DNA from: Minisyncoccota bacterium
GTDB taxonomy: Bacteria > Patescibacteriota > Minisyncoccia > Phycocordibacterales > UBA2100
Assembly: GCA_031291875.1 (NCBI GenBank)
Contig: JARLIE010000218.1
Span: forward strand, 4,979-68,978
DNA length: 64,000 nucleotides
Direction of reading: 5' to 3'
This document shows, piece by piece, positions 11,938-21,443 of this stretch. How positions within the stretch are numbered: the stretch's first letter is position 1; the number at the start of each line of letters is the position of its first letter. Under the pieces are notes generated by a model, which worked only from the letters and a program-made list of their open reading frames with translations, had not been told where the DNA came from and searched no databases. Both the position numbers and the translations under genes were made by a program.

Positions 11938-13992
11938 ATGGCTAGACCACGTGCAAACGTTCTGTATTTTCTAAAAAACGAACTGCGACTGCGTAGTCTC
12001 CTTTTGTACGCAATAACATTCCTCTCCTATTTTGGTACCGCGACGTTCGGCGAATACCTGTTCTACTACCAGCACACTTCTCCAGCGCTCATCTGGCCAC
12101 CGTTTGGCATTGCAATCGCCGCCATCCTGATCGGCGGCTACCGCATGTGGCTGCCAATCGCGCTTGCCCAGCTATTCGCGTCATATTCCATCGGGAGTCC
12201 GCTTTCTGCGGTACTGACCGCCACCTTGGGACAAACTGTCCAGGCGTTTGTTGCCGTTTGGGTAATGCAGCGATTCAAGTTCGATGGAAACCTTTCGCGA
12301 ATATTCGACGCGTTCATTTTGATCGCGACAGCCGTCGCTGTATCGACGATAGCGCCCACATTCCTTCTTTTTGCGGGCGTGCTCGAGCATGGGCTCACCT
12401 CCCAGCTGGATATCACCTGGGTGCGAACTTGGGCAGGTAGCATGTTCAGTATTCTCCTTATAACTCCCCTTATCACGGTCTGGCTTCCGCCTCGCGAACT
12501 TAAACTTTCACCGTTTCAATTATTCGAAATGGGTATTGCGCTCGCGCTTTTGTGTGCAGACGTCTGGATTCTTGCTTGGAGCCCGTTCGTCCAAGAATAC
12601 GGTCTCACCGGTATTTATGCACTGCTCGCGATATTGGTCTGGATCGCTCTGCGCATGGAGCCGCGCATTCTTACCCTTGCACTCCTTATGCTCGCGATCA
12701 TTGGGATGGGAGGAGCGTTCTTCGCAAATCCGACTTCGACGCCGCTAAACCAAACGCTCTTCACCCAGGAATTGTTTATCGAATTTATCGCGATCATCTA
12801 CCTGGTGGTTTCCGCTCTTGCCGAAGAGCGTCGTCGCGCAAGGTACGCCCTTGAGCGCAACGTGGAGCAGCTCCGACTCGCCCTCGAAAAGATCGAGAGC
12901 GAAGATATTGCAAAAAACCAGTTCATCGCGACACTCGCGCACGAGCTTCGTAATCCGCTTGCGCCGGTCGTCTCCGCACTCGATCTACTTTCGCTCCAGG
13001 ACCCTTCGCCCGACGCCGCCCAAACTATTGAGGGCGCCCAGCGAGAGCTCAATGTGATGCGCCGGCTCCTCGACGATATTCTCGACGTCGCGCGCGTCTC
13101 CCAACCGCGATTCAAGCTGCAAGTGGAAACGACTGATGCACGAGCACTCCTCGAGCGTTGCATCGAAAGTACCAAAAATTTCCTGCGCAACCGAAGACAC
13201 ACGCTCATTGTTTCGTTGCCAGAAGATTCGGTGATCGTACGGGTCGATCCGATTCGATTCGAACAAATCGTCGTCAACCTGCTCAACAACGCTGGCAAAT
13301 ATACGGCGCCGAGTGGCCGCATCGAGCTTGAATGCAAAAAGGATGGTTCGTTTGCGTGCATAACCGTCCGAGATAACGGTGTCGGTATTCCCATGGAATC
13401 GCTTGAAGAAGTGTTCGAACCTTTCCGACAAATTCGTCCTACCGCACAGATCGGCTCAGGCCTCGGCATCGGCCTATGGCTCACCAAGCGCTTAGTCGAA
13501 ATGCATGGCGGCCGCATCGAAGCCAAAAGTGAGGGCCGCGAGCGTGGGAGCAGTTTTTCTATCTACCTTCCGCTTGAGGAGGGTCCTATCGTCCAGAGCG
13601 GTACCTCGCGTGTTTCGACGGCCGTGCTACCGCCCTTCAAGATATTAGTGGTCGACGACAATGAAGCGGCAGCCCGGGCACTGCAAAAATTGCTCCGTCT
13701 CAAAGGCAACGATGTCCGCATGGCTCACGATGGCAAGTCCGGCATCGCGACTGCCAGGGATTTTGGGCCCAAAGTAATACTGCTTGATATCGGACTTCCA
13801 GACATGAGCGGCTACGACGTGGCCAAAGAGCTCCGCAGACGAGGTTCCGACGCCGTATTGATAGCCCTAACCGGTTTTGGCCAAGAGGAGGACAAGGAAG
13901 ATGCCAAAAAGGCGGGATTCGACTACCACCTTACCAAACCAGTCGGAATTGCGGATATCGAAGCTATTCTTGGTCGCATATCTCGCCCATGA
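11938..13992 (+). CDS. hybrid sensor histidine kinase (MASE1-like membrane sensor, HisKA, HATPase_c, C-terminal receiver)
   Basis: About 8 N-terminal TM helices. H-box LAHELRNPL. N/G1/G2 boxes. C-terminal REC domain (VVDDNEAA...DIGLPDMSG...LTKP). Confidence 0.9.
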   Translation: MARPRANVLYFLKNELRLRSLLLYAITFLSYFGTATFGEYLFYYQHTSPALIWPPFGIAIAAILIGGYRMWLPIALAQLFASYSIGSPLSAVLTATLGQTVQAFVAVWVMQRFKFDGNLSRIFDAFILIATAVAVSTIAPTFLLFAGVLEHGLTSQLDITWVRTWAGSMFSILLITPLITVWLPPRELKLSPFQLFEMGIALALLCADVWILAWSPFVQEYGLTGIYALLAILVWIALRMEPRILTLALLMLAIIGMGGAFFANPTSTPLNQTLFTQELFIEFIAIIYLVVSALAEERRRARYALERNVEQLRLALEKIESEDIAKNQFIATLAHELRNPLAPVVSALDLLSLQDPSPDAAQTIEGAQRELNVMRRLLDDILDVARVSQPRFKLQVETTDARALLERCIESTKNFLRNRRHTLIVSLPEDSVIVRVDPIRFEQIVVNLLNNAGKYTAPSGRIELECKKDGSFACITVRDNGVGIPMESLEEVFEPFRQIRPTAQIGSGLGIGLWLTKRLVEMHGGRIEAKSEGRERGSSFSIYLPLEEGPIVQSGTSRVSTAVLPPFKILVVDDNEAAARALQKLLRLKGNDVRMAHDGKSGIATARDFGPKVILLDIGLPDMSGYDVAKELRRRGSDAVLIALTGFGQEEDKEDAKKAGFDYHLTKPVGIADIEAILGRISRP

Positions 13993-14020
13993 AAAAACGC
14001 CGCGGAAAGCGGCGTTTTCT
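13993..14020. terminator. bidirectional rho-independent terminator between convergent HK and SWIB genes
   Basis: AAAAA-ACGCCGC-ggaaa-GCGGCGT-TTTCT. Confidence 0.5.
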
Positions 14021-14039
14021 CAATCAAAAAGGGTGACCC

Positions 14040-14297
14040 TTATTTCATGTGACCCGAGACGAGTTTCGTCATCTCAAACATCGTGACTTCTCCCTTGCCG
14101 TTGAACAAGACTTTGAGCTTGTCGTCCGCAAGGATGTTGCGCTTGTTCTGGGGGTTCTGGAGATCGTGCTTCTTGATGTACTCCCAGATCTTCTTCACGA
14201 CCTCGCCGCGTGCCATCGGGCCTTTGCCGACGACCGCTTCGAGGGCTTCGTCGAGTTCCAAGGGCTTGAGGAGCGCCGGATTGGCTTTTCGGACCAT
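14040..14297 (-). CDS. SWIB/MDM2 domain protein
   Basis: 85 aa. Motif KKIWEYIKKHDLQNPQNKRNILADDKLKVLF..EVTMFEMTKLVSGHM matches the SWIB fold consensus. Confidence 0.75.
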   Translation of the reverse strand: MVRKANPALLKPLELDEALEAVVGKGPMARGEVVKKIWEYIKKHDLQNPQNKRNILADDKLKVLFNGKGEVTMFEMTKLVSGHMK

Positions 14298-14504
14298 AGT
14301 TTTAATTAATGAATATTACTAAATCAACTGCGGGCTCATTGTAGCAGGGCCTCCCTAGAGCGCTAGGCCTTATCGAGGTCGAGTGTGTAAAGCAAAAAAT
14401 GCCATATTACGCATATATTTCGAATCTGAGTCAATGTAGGAACAAGTGCGGCACTTCAAATAAAATCTGCCTCACGGCCGATAATGCCCATTCACGCACA
14501 GGTC

Positions 14505-15197
14505 TTACTGGAATTTGAACGTGCCGACGATAGCGGCAAGAAGCGCACTAACGCGTGTTTCGTCGAATTGCTGCATACCGGAAGACTGCGGGTAATTACC
14601 CAATTGAGCCGAATGGATGGTGTACTCGACGGCATAGCACGCACCTGCATGAGTCGTTCGATAACTCGTCGTATCGTAGAGTTGCCCAGCTCCCGGATTT
14701 CGCATGGTGAAAACGGCGAACGTCGCGTTGTTGATCGATTGTGTTGTCGAAGTCGCCTCGCCGTTCTTTGCGATCAAACAATCCGCGAGCGCGAGATTGC
14801 TTTGGCTATAGCCCACCGTCAGTGTCGCTCCGACGAAATTGGTCTGAGGCTCGAACGAACTAGGAACCGTCAACGTAAAGGTTTTGATTCCTGGCGCTTG
14901 TGCAACGTTATTCACGCGCCAATCCGTTGATGGTGCCGGCGAGTTTGACGTGGTGACGGCAAAGGCCGTCGGATACGTGATCGAATATCCGGCGGAGGGG
15001 TTGGTATAGGTCGTAGTTTGCGCACTGGTCGTTGTGCTTAAAGTAGACGCCGCTGTCGTAGTGCTTTGTGTCGAAGTAGCAGCTGCACTTGTCGTCGAAG
15101 TAGATTGGCCGGTTGTTAGCCCAAAGTAAAAGGCGAGCGCGACAACCAATACAATAAGAAGCGCCCAAACGAGCCAGTTGCGGGACGAGTTGATCAT
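14505..15197 (-). CDS. membrane-anchored Ser/Thr-rich secreted protein, unknown function
   Basis: N-terminal TM anchor, about 60 aa S/T-rich low-complexity linker, then a globular domain with two Cys. Confidence 0.5.
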   Translation of the reverse strand: MINSSRNWLVWALLIVLVVALAFYFGLTTGQSTSTTSAAATSTQSTTTAASTLSTTTSAQTTTYTNPSAGYSITYPTAFAVTTSNSPAPSTDWRVNNVAQAPGIKTFTLTVPSSFEPQTNFVGATLTVGYSQSNLALADCLIAKNGEATSTTQSINNATFAVFTMRNPGAGQLYDTTSYRTTHAGACYAVEYTIHSAQLGNYPQSSGMQQFDETRVSALLAAIVGTFKFQ

Positions 15198-15245
15198 CGA
15201 GAGATCATAACAACAACCAGGGTGAAGACTGCATGAACTCGTTCG

Positions 15246-16211
15246 TTAGTATCGGATGATAATGCGATACCCACCTTTGTCCCGATACATCGTGATCGTA
15301 TATCCGGAACCGGGCGCATCCGCCCCTGCCGTCGCAAAGGAATAGAGCGAACGGTCACTCGGTAGTGCCGAAGTGCCATCGCTCGAAAGCGCGAGCGGGC
15401 TCGAAGGAGCATCGGTTCGCGAGACATTGAAACTCGCGCCGTCTGCGCCGAGCTCGGAAGGCTCGGCGACAGCATCGCCGTCGCTATTGTCCATACGCAA
15501 CGGACTCGCGCCAGAAGCTAGGATCGTAACCGTCTCGCCATCCTTGATCGCATAGCCGCCGCTAAAATGAATCGTGCCGAAGTAATCGAGCCCGACGGCG
15601 CCGCCAACCTCGACTGGCATTTCTTCCACCCAATCGGCGGAAGAAAGTGAAGAGTTGTAGTGCACCGTGGTTTCGTAGGATTTCCCTGTGGTCGAATTCT
15701 CAAACGCGACGTCCCAAACACCGGATGATTCCTCCGAGATCGAAACAGAAACGGAATCTCCCGGCGAGATCGAAAGTGGCACGATTTTAGAATCCGACGG
15801 GAGTAATTCCATCCATGCGCGATAGATGATCGTTCCGTTTGAATCCGGGATTGCTTCGGTTCCCGCCTGAATAAGGTCGTTGCTTGTGACGCCACCAATA
15901 CCGATCCACGTCGCATCTGCGACATTCGATCCCCTGCCATTCCGAATGTGCGGTACTGTCCAAGAACCCGACACCGAGGTGTACGTGCCTCCCGTCGCCG
16001 TATAGCCAGCCCAATTTAGTGCATCGGTATTTGAACCGGCGGGTGCGAGCGGCAAATTGGGAATCGGCTGCGGCGCCTCTGTTTGCGAGCGTGCCTCTTG
16101 TGCCACATGGGCGTCGTTCTGGGCAAGCGCGCCGTCGCCGAATACAAGAGCCCCAATGGATAGAACGAGCACACAAAGCGATAGAAATCGGAATACCGAT
16201 GAGAGGTTCAT
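15246..16211 (-). CDS. secreted peptidase G1 (eqolisin / scytalidoglutamic peptidase-like) family protein
   Basis: Signal peptide. Motifs NWAGYTATGG..TSVSGSWTVP and ATWIGIGG..SNDLIQAGTE resemble the G1 beta-sandwich catalytic core. Confidence 0.6.
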   Translation of the reverse strand: MNLSSVFRFLSLCVLVLSIGALVFGDGALAQNDAHVAQEARSQTEAPQPIPNLPLAPAGSNTDALNWAGYTATGGTYTSVSGSWTVPHIRNGRGSNVADATWIGIGGVTSNDLIQAGTEAIPDSNGTIIYRAWMELLPSDSKIVPLSISPGDSVSVSISEESSGVWDVAFENSTTGKSYETTVHYNSSLSSADWVEEMPVEVGGAVGLDYFGTIHFSGGYAIKDGETVTILASGASPLRMDNSDGDAVAEPSELGADGASFNVSRTDAPSSPLALSSDGTSALPSDRSLYSFATAGADAPGSGYTITMYRDKGGYRIIIRY

Positions 16212-16312
16212 AAACCTACTCTATGAGCGGCGCGATTATGTCTGCATGAAGCAAAGCCGCCCTGGAAATCCAAGGCGGCTTTGCCGTAGTATTTTTACTT
16301 ACCGCACCGACG

Positions 16313-16552
16313 TTACATCATCGGGGCAGAGCCCGAGGAACAAGTCTTGCAATTCTTTCTGTGCATCACGAGTTCGTAGACGGCTGCGAGGCCGATGACG
16401 ATATAGATGAGCCACTGAACTACCGGCCAAGCGCCGAAGATCAGCGCCACAAGATCCCAGTTACTTCCGAAAAATCCGCCCAAACCCACCAAAAGCCAGT
16501 TGAGGCCTCCGATGATAACCAAGATCCAGGCTGTCATGTGTAATCCTTTCAT
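16313..16552 (-). CDS. DUF378 family small membrane protein
   Basis: 79 aa. ILVIIGGLNWLLVGL...LIFGAWP signature. Confidence 0.7.
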   Translation of the reverse strand: MKGLHMTAWILVIIGGLNWLLVGLGGFFGSNWDLVALIFGAWPVVQWLIYIVIGLAAVYELVMHRKNCKTCSSGSAPMM

Positions 16553-17001
16553 GCGCGTTTTGAAATGATCGCGAGTAATGCTCGACCCTCACCTAAAAAG
16601 TATGGCACCCCTCATGAAGTTGGCTAGCTATGCCAATAGCAGCATGTGCATTACTTATAACGCATCAAAATCAGACACCTTGTCAATTCTCTCCCGCAAA
16701 AAATATCCCGCGCTTCCAGAGGTTCGTATGTTCACCTTCGCTTCACCGGAGGACTCTTACAATCGAGCGTAGAACAGTACCTTGATGAGCACATGCCGCC
16801 TGCCCCCTTTTGGGGAGGCAGGCGGGATGGGCTAGCAACTTTACCCGAACTTACCCGAAGTAATTTCGGCCCACGTCGCCCGTCTCCTTATATAAGTCGA
16901 TGCGGAGAGGCGCACTCCGCACCGGCCCCCACACCGTCATGTCACCTCTGCACCAGAGCAGGATAAAAACTGTTTCCGTTGATGGTATCCGTCAAAAACC
17001 A

Positions 17002-18222
17002 ATGTTTGATATTTCCGGTGCAACCGTTGCCGTCATCGGGCTCGATCCCGACGGCTTTTCGCTTGGGAAACTAGCAGCGGCGCACGGATTCGAAACAGTC
17101 GGCTTCGATGTCGACGAGGTAAAGATCGCTCAGCTGGAAGCGAGTGATTCTGAAAAAAGTCGCCGGCTCTTATTGACAGCGGACGCTTCGAGGTTGAGCG
17201 ATGCCACTATTTTTGTGGTCAGTATGCATACAAGACAGGGCGAAGCACAATCTGTCCTTGCCGAGCTGGAACGCGAGGTCGCTATCGTCGGCAGCCATTT
17301 GAAAGAGGGCGATCTGGTGATCGTTGAATCGATCGTTTATCCCGGCGTCTGTGAACATGTCCTTCTTCCGCTCCTCGAAAAAAATTCAGGGCTCGGACGC
17401 CCCGGCCCCGATCGCTCACGCGAAGGGTTTTATTTTGCACATGCGCCCGCGACATCGGCACCGCGCCGAGTAATCGGAGCCGCGAATGCCGAGAGCCTTT
17501 CCCGCACTATCGCATTTTATCGTACGCTTGGTAACGAAACGGTATCCATGCGCTCGATCAAAGAAACCGAGGCTGTACCCATGCTTGAAGACTCGCTTCA
17601 CGACACGACGCTCGCGCTCGCCGCGGAGTTTTCGCTGTTTTTCGATCGAATTGGGATTGATATCAGCAACGTGCTCACTGCGGCTCGTATCACTACGGTA
17701 GATTCACGATCCCTTTCAGGGATACACGTGGCCCGAACTTCCCCATCCGCTTACTACCTGGCACGATCAGGGCACGAACATCAGATCGATCAGCAGTTTT
17801 TATCTACCGCTCGGCGTATGATCGATTACATGCCGAAATACGCAGCTACAGTCCTCGCGGATCTTTTACGAGAAAAAAGAATCGCGATCAAAGATGTGAC
17901 CGTCGCACTGCTTGGGCTCGTTGACGAAAACGATTCGGCTCAAGAGAGCGTCGGTTCACGAATCAGAGAAGCGCTCGAAAAAAGAGGAGCACAGGTGCAG
18001 GCATACGATCCATACCTCGCCGGCGCGGGCACCGATCTCAAATCGACCCTCGAGCAGGCACAGGCGGCGGTCATCGCAAGCGACTCCCCCGTCTTTCGCA
18101 ACCTTACGCCGCGTCAATTCGAGGAGCTCGGCATACAGGTCGTTCTCGACGCTAAAAACTGTCTCGACAAAGACGCATTTGCCGAGAGCTCGGTCATCTA
18201 TCGAGGTATCGGCCGCGGATAA
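17002..18222 (+). CDS. nucleotide-sugar dehydrogenase family protein (UDP-glucose/ManNAc dehydrogenase-like, catalytic Cys apparently absent)
   Basis: N-terminal Rossmann motif VAVIGLDPDGF. Central helical dimerisation domain. Position of the GGxC catalytic motif reads SGIHVARTSP. Start trimmed to MFDISG (ATG 17002). Confidence 0.6.
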   Translation: MFDISGATVAVIGLDPDGFSLGKLAAAHGFETVGFDVDEVKIAQLEASDSEKSRRLLLTADASRLSDATIFVVSMHTRQGEAQSVLAELEREVAIVGSHLKEGDLVIVESIVYPGVCEHVLLPLLEKNSGLGRPGPDRSREGFYFAHAPATSAPRRVIGAANAESLSRTIAFYRTLGNETVSMRSIKETEAVPMLEDSLHDTTLALAAEFSLFFDRIGIDISNVLTAARITTVDSRSLSGIHVARTSPSAYYLARSGHEHQIDQQFLSTARRMIDYMPKYAATVLADLLREKRIAIKDVTVALLGLVDENDSAQESVGSRIREALEKRGAQVQAYDPYLAGAGTDLKSTLEQAQAAVIASDSPVFRNLTPRQFEELGIQVVLDAKNCLDKDAFAESSVIYRGIGRG

Positions 18223-18263
18223 TCCTCATTCCACGTTCCAAAAAAGCTGGTAGTATTGCGGTC

Positions 18264-19136
18264 ATGGCCCAAAAGATCCGAAAAGCAGTCATTCCGGCTG
18301 CAGGCTTCGGCACTCGATTTCTCCCTCAAACGAAGGCAATGCCCAAGGAAATGCTCCCGATCGTCGACAAACCGATCATTCAGTACGTCGTCGAGGAAGC
18401 CGTCGCCTCGGGTATTCAAGACATCATCATTATTACTGGTGCCCACAAGCGCTCCATCGAAGACCATTTCGACTATCCCTTCGAACTTGAGAAACGTCTG
18501 CGTGAAGCCGGGAAAGACAAGCAGGCCGACGAAGTGCTCGCCATCGCCGATATGGCGAATTTTATCTACATCCGACAAAAGGGCCCCTACGGCAATGGTA
18601 CCCCCGTCTTGAACGCACGCGATGCAATCGGCGACGAACCGTTTGCGATTTTGTGGGGCGACGAATTCATCCACTCGGACCCTCCGCGACTCAAGCAAAT
18701 GATCGATGTCTGGGAAAAGTACGAAGCGCCGAATATTTCAGCGGTGCGCGTCCCGGAAAGCCAGGTCGGCAAATATGGCATCGCTGATGTTTCGCCGGTC
18801 GAGGGAAACGTATTCAAGATCGACAAGATCATCGAGAAACCAAAACCGGGCAACGCGCCTTCAAACTTGGCGACTCACGGCGCCTACATAATGCCGCCTC
18901 GGCTTTTTGAACTACTGGAAGCGACACCGCCGGGCAAAGACGGCGAGCTGTGGCTCGTCGATGCGATTACCGCGCTCGCCAAAGAACGTGACGTATACGC
19001 GGTTGAGATTCAAAACGGCAAGTACTACGATACCGGCAACAAGCTCGAATATCTCAAGACGGTTGTTGAATTCGGTTTGAAACACCCGGATCTCAACGGA
19101 GATTTCAAGAACTTTTTGAAAGGACTTGAACTCTAG
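18264..19136 (+). CDS. galU: UTP--glucose-1-phosphate uridylyltransferase
   Basis: KAVIPAAGFGTRFLP, the nucleotidyltransferase signature. 290 aa. Confidence 0.9.
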   Translation: MAQKIRKAVIPAAGFGTRFLPQTKAMPKEMLPIVDKPIIQYVVEEAVASGIQDIIIITGAHKRSIEDHFDYPFELEKRLREAGKDKQADEVLAIADMANFIYIRQKGPYGNGTPVLNARDAIGDEPFAILWGDEFIHSDPPRLKQMIDVWEKYEAPNISAVRVPESQVGKYGIADVSPVEGNVFKIDKIIEKPKPGNAPSNLATHGAYIMPPRLFELLEATPPGKDGELWLVDAITALAKERDVYAVEIQNGKYYDTGNKLEYLKTVVEFGLKHPDLNGDFKNFLKGLEL

Positions 19137-20479
19137 TGCAACGGTGCTTTGGTGACCTCGTTCTCGATGGCGTTAATCATGTATTGTGAATTGAAATAGT
19201 TTGGAAGCTGCGAGCGCCAGAGCGAGCTATTGACGTCTACGTCCGGCGCGACGCCGTTGCCCTCGATCGGGAGATTGTCGTAACGCACCGTCAGATACTC
19301 GACGAGCTCAAGCGCGTAGGTGTCGCTCGGATCGAGTACTGTTTGCATCGGCACAATAGCCTCGACGCTTCCCCATCCGCGCGTCGTCGTTCCGACCGTA
19401 TACGCCAAGTGATCATGTTTGAGCGCCGAGGCAGAAAGTTCTGCGGTGGACTGTGTCATTGAGTCCGTCAAGACCGCGATCTGCTTGAATTGCAACGTCG
19501 TCGGATCTTTCGCGATATTGGCGGTGCGCTGCACCTGCAGATTGCCCTGGTGGTACAAATCGAACGCATATTCGTTGGGACCGAAGAAAAGTGCGAGGAA
19601 ATTTTGCGCGAACGAAAGATCTCCGCCGATATTTCCGCGAACATCGATGATGAGATTGTCGAGCGCAGGAGTTGTCGAGGCGGAATCGATCGCAGCCGCA
19701 ACTTCTGCGATCGTGGATGGCGCGACGGAGCTAATATCGATGTAGAGCGTGTGCGAATTCAGTACATGCGTAAAGACAGTCGCCTCAGCACCCGTTTGAT
19801 CGTAAATGGCCTTCGCCGTCGGATTAGTTAGAGTTGCGGCCGCCTTTTGCACTTGCGCGAGCTCTTGTTTACCTTGCGCAGAGGTCGTGGCAGCGAGCTG
19901 CGCACTTTTCTCGGCAGCAGCTTGAGCGACTGCAGCCTCGCTCGAGCCCTGCGGAATACCGAGATCGTCGTACAAATTGTTGTTGGGATTCACATTATTG
20001 ACCGTATTTTCGAGCTGTTGCTTCGCCTGACTCGAAAGCAAGTTATTGCGGCCGGTCGGCGCGAGATTATAGAGCGCGACCTGCAACGTGCCGAGCGCGA
20101 GCTGCTCTTGGGTCGTGGTCGAACTACCGGCGAATGCCGCCGAGAGCATTTGCGCGACACCTTCGCGGGTGGAACTCGCAAGCGTCGCGTTTGACGCAGC
20201 GGGAGCGTTCAGGTTTTGTCCTGCTTTCTGGACTGACGCCAAAAAAAGCTTGGCCATGTCGGCATCTTGGACTTGCTGCCAGTACTGCCCTTCGATATCG
20301 TCATAGGCTTCCATATCAAAACGAACATAGACATTGCTCGCCTCCTGCGAAGTTTTGTATTCAGTGGCCGTTGCGACAGAAGCGGCGGCGGCACTCTTGC
20401 CGTGCCACCAGTAGAATCCAGAGCCGGCGGCGACAAAAATAATAGCGGCGAATGCGGCGATCGAGCGATACGCTTTCAT
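19133..20479 (-). CDS. S41-family peptidase (C-terminal processing protease-like), membrane anchored
   Basis: N-terminal TM. LIIDVRGNIGG. Catalytic-Ser region TDSMTQSTAELSASALK. TTTRGWG motif. Confidence 0.72.
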   Translation of the reverse strand: MKAYRSIAAFAAIIFVAAGSGFYWWHGKSAAAASVATATEYKTSQEASNVYVRFDMEAYDDIEGQYWQQVQDADMAKLFLASVQKAGQNLNAPAASNATLASSTREGVAQMLSAAFAGSSTTTQEQLALGTLQVALYNLAPTGRNNLLSSQAKQQLENTVNNVNPNNNLYDDLGIPQGSSEAAVAQAAAEKSAQLAATTSAQGKQELAQVQKAAATLTNPTAKAIYDQTGAEATVFTHVLNSHTLYIDISSVAPSTIAEVAAAIDSASTTPALDNLIIDVRGNIGGDLSFAQNFLALFFGPNEYAFDLYHQGNLQVQRTANIAKDPTTLQFKQIAVLTDSMTQSTAELSASALKHDHLAYTVGTTTRGWGSVEAIVPMQTVLDPSDTYALELVEYLTVRYDNLPIEGNGVAPDVDVNSSLWRSQLPNYFNSQYMINAIENEVTKAPLH

Positions 20480-20765
20480 GGCTCTCCACTATACCCTACC
20501 GAAAACCCTCACACTCAATCGATAGTGTGCATACAAGCGCATTCTCGATTGAGGTGCCGATCGAGACCAACGAGCACATCGGCCCCGATCGCGAGTTGCT
20601 GGCCGTACTTACTTCCCATCAATGATCTTTGATCTTTAGAACTACCAATCCCGGGCACAAGCTAGATTTGCTTATTTTAAGCCGTTTTTTAGGATTATGA
20701 AGACAGCTCATGAATTCTTCATTTACAAGCCGTACACTGGAGGCTAGGACTTATAAGCCTAACAT

Positions 20766-21443
20766 TTGCGTATGAAGATACTCTTAGTAGAAGATGAACA
20801 GAAGCTCGCCCAGGCGCTCTCCAAAGGGCTTACCCACGAGGGGTACACGGTCGATACGATCGACGACGGTAAAAAAGCGTTGACTCGCATTCAGCTCCAC
20901 CGTTCCGACTACGATGTCATTATTCTTGACCTCATGCTCCCGACGATGGACGGCTATGAGATTTGCAAAGAGGTTCGTGCTGCCAATATCACGACGCCGA
21001 TCCTCGTTCTCACCGCTCGCGCGGAAACGGACACGAAAGTGCAGCTCTTGCTTGCGGGAGCAGACGATTATCTCGTAAAGCCATTCTCGTTCGCCGAACT
21101 CTCAGCTCGCCTCAAAGCGCTGATGCGCAGACCCAACGAAAAGTTGCCGGAAACACTTCGTGTGGGCGACATCGAACTCAACCCCGGCGAACGAAAGGTT
21201 TCGCGTGGCGGCAAAGAAGTGCCGCTCACCCTCAAAGAGTTCGGGTTGCTTGAGTACTTCATGCGTCACCCCAACCAGGTCGTTAATCGAGAGGATCTCT
21301 TAAGCCACTTGTGGGACTTCAATTATGTGGGATTTAGCAATGTGGTCGACGTACATGTCAAAAATCTTCGACGAAAATTGGAAGGAGAGGGTACGGCTAT
21401 CTTGGAAACGGTTCGCGGCATCGGTTACCGACTTGCTGAATAA
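20766..21443 (+). CDS. OmpR-family response regulator
   Basis: REC plus Trans_reg_C. Forms a pair with the downstream kinase. Confidence 0.9.
   Translation: MRMKILLVEDEQKLAQALSKGLTHEGYTVDTIDDGKKALTRIQLHRSDYDVIILDLMLPTMDGYEICKEVRAANITTPILVLTARAETDTKVQLLLAGADDYLVKPFSFAELSARLKALMRRPNEKLPETLRVGDIELNPGERKVSRGGKEVPLTLKEFGLLEYFMRHPNQVVNREDLLSHLWDFNYVGFSNVVDVHVKNLRRKLEGEGTAILETVRGIGYRLAE

Noticed and set aside
16795-16826. GC-rich hairpin GCCGCCTGCCCCC-TTTT-GGGGAGGCAGGCGG in the 450-bp intergenic region
   Set aside because: There is no U-tract on either strand, so it is not a classical intrinsic terminator. An adjacent 10-mer tandem duplication TTACCCGAAC/TTACCCGAAG was also noted. Function unclear, low priority.
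16900-17001. Upstream extension of the dehydrogenase-like ORF
   Set aside because: The Rossmann motif begins right after MFDISG. The extension is Arg/Pro-rich and lacks an RBS.
21325-21443. 119-nt overlap between response regulator and kinase ORFs
   Set aside because: Most likely an over-extended kinase start. Later in-frame starts (ATG 21355, TTG 21433) reduce the overlap. Not interpreted as programmed frameshift.
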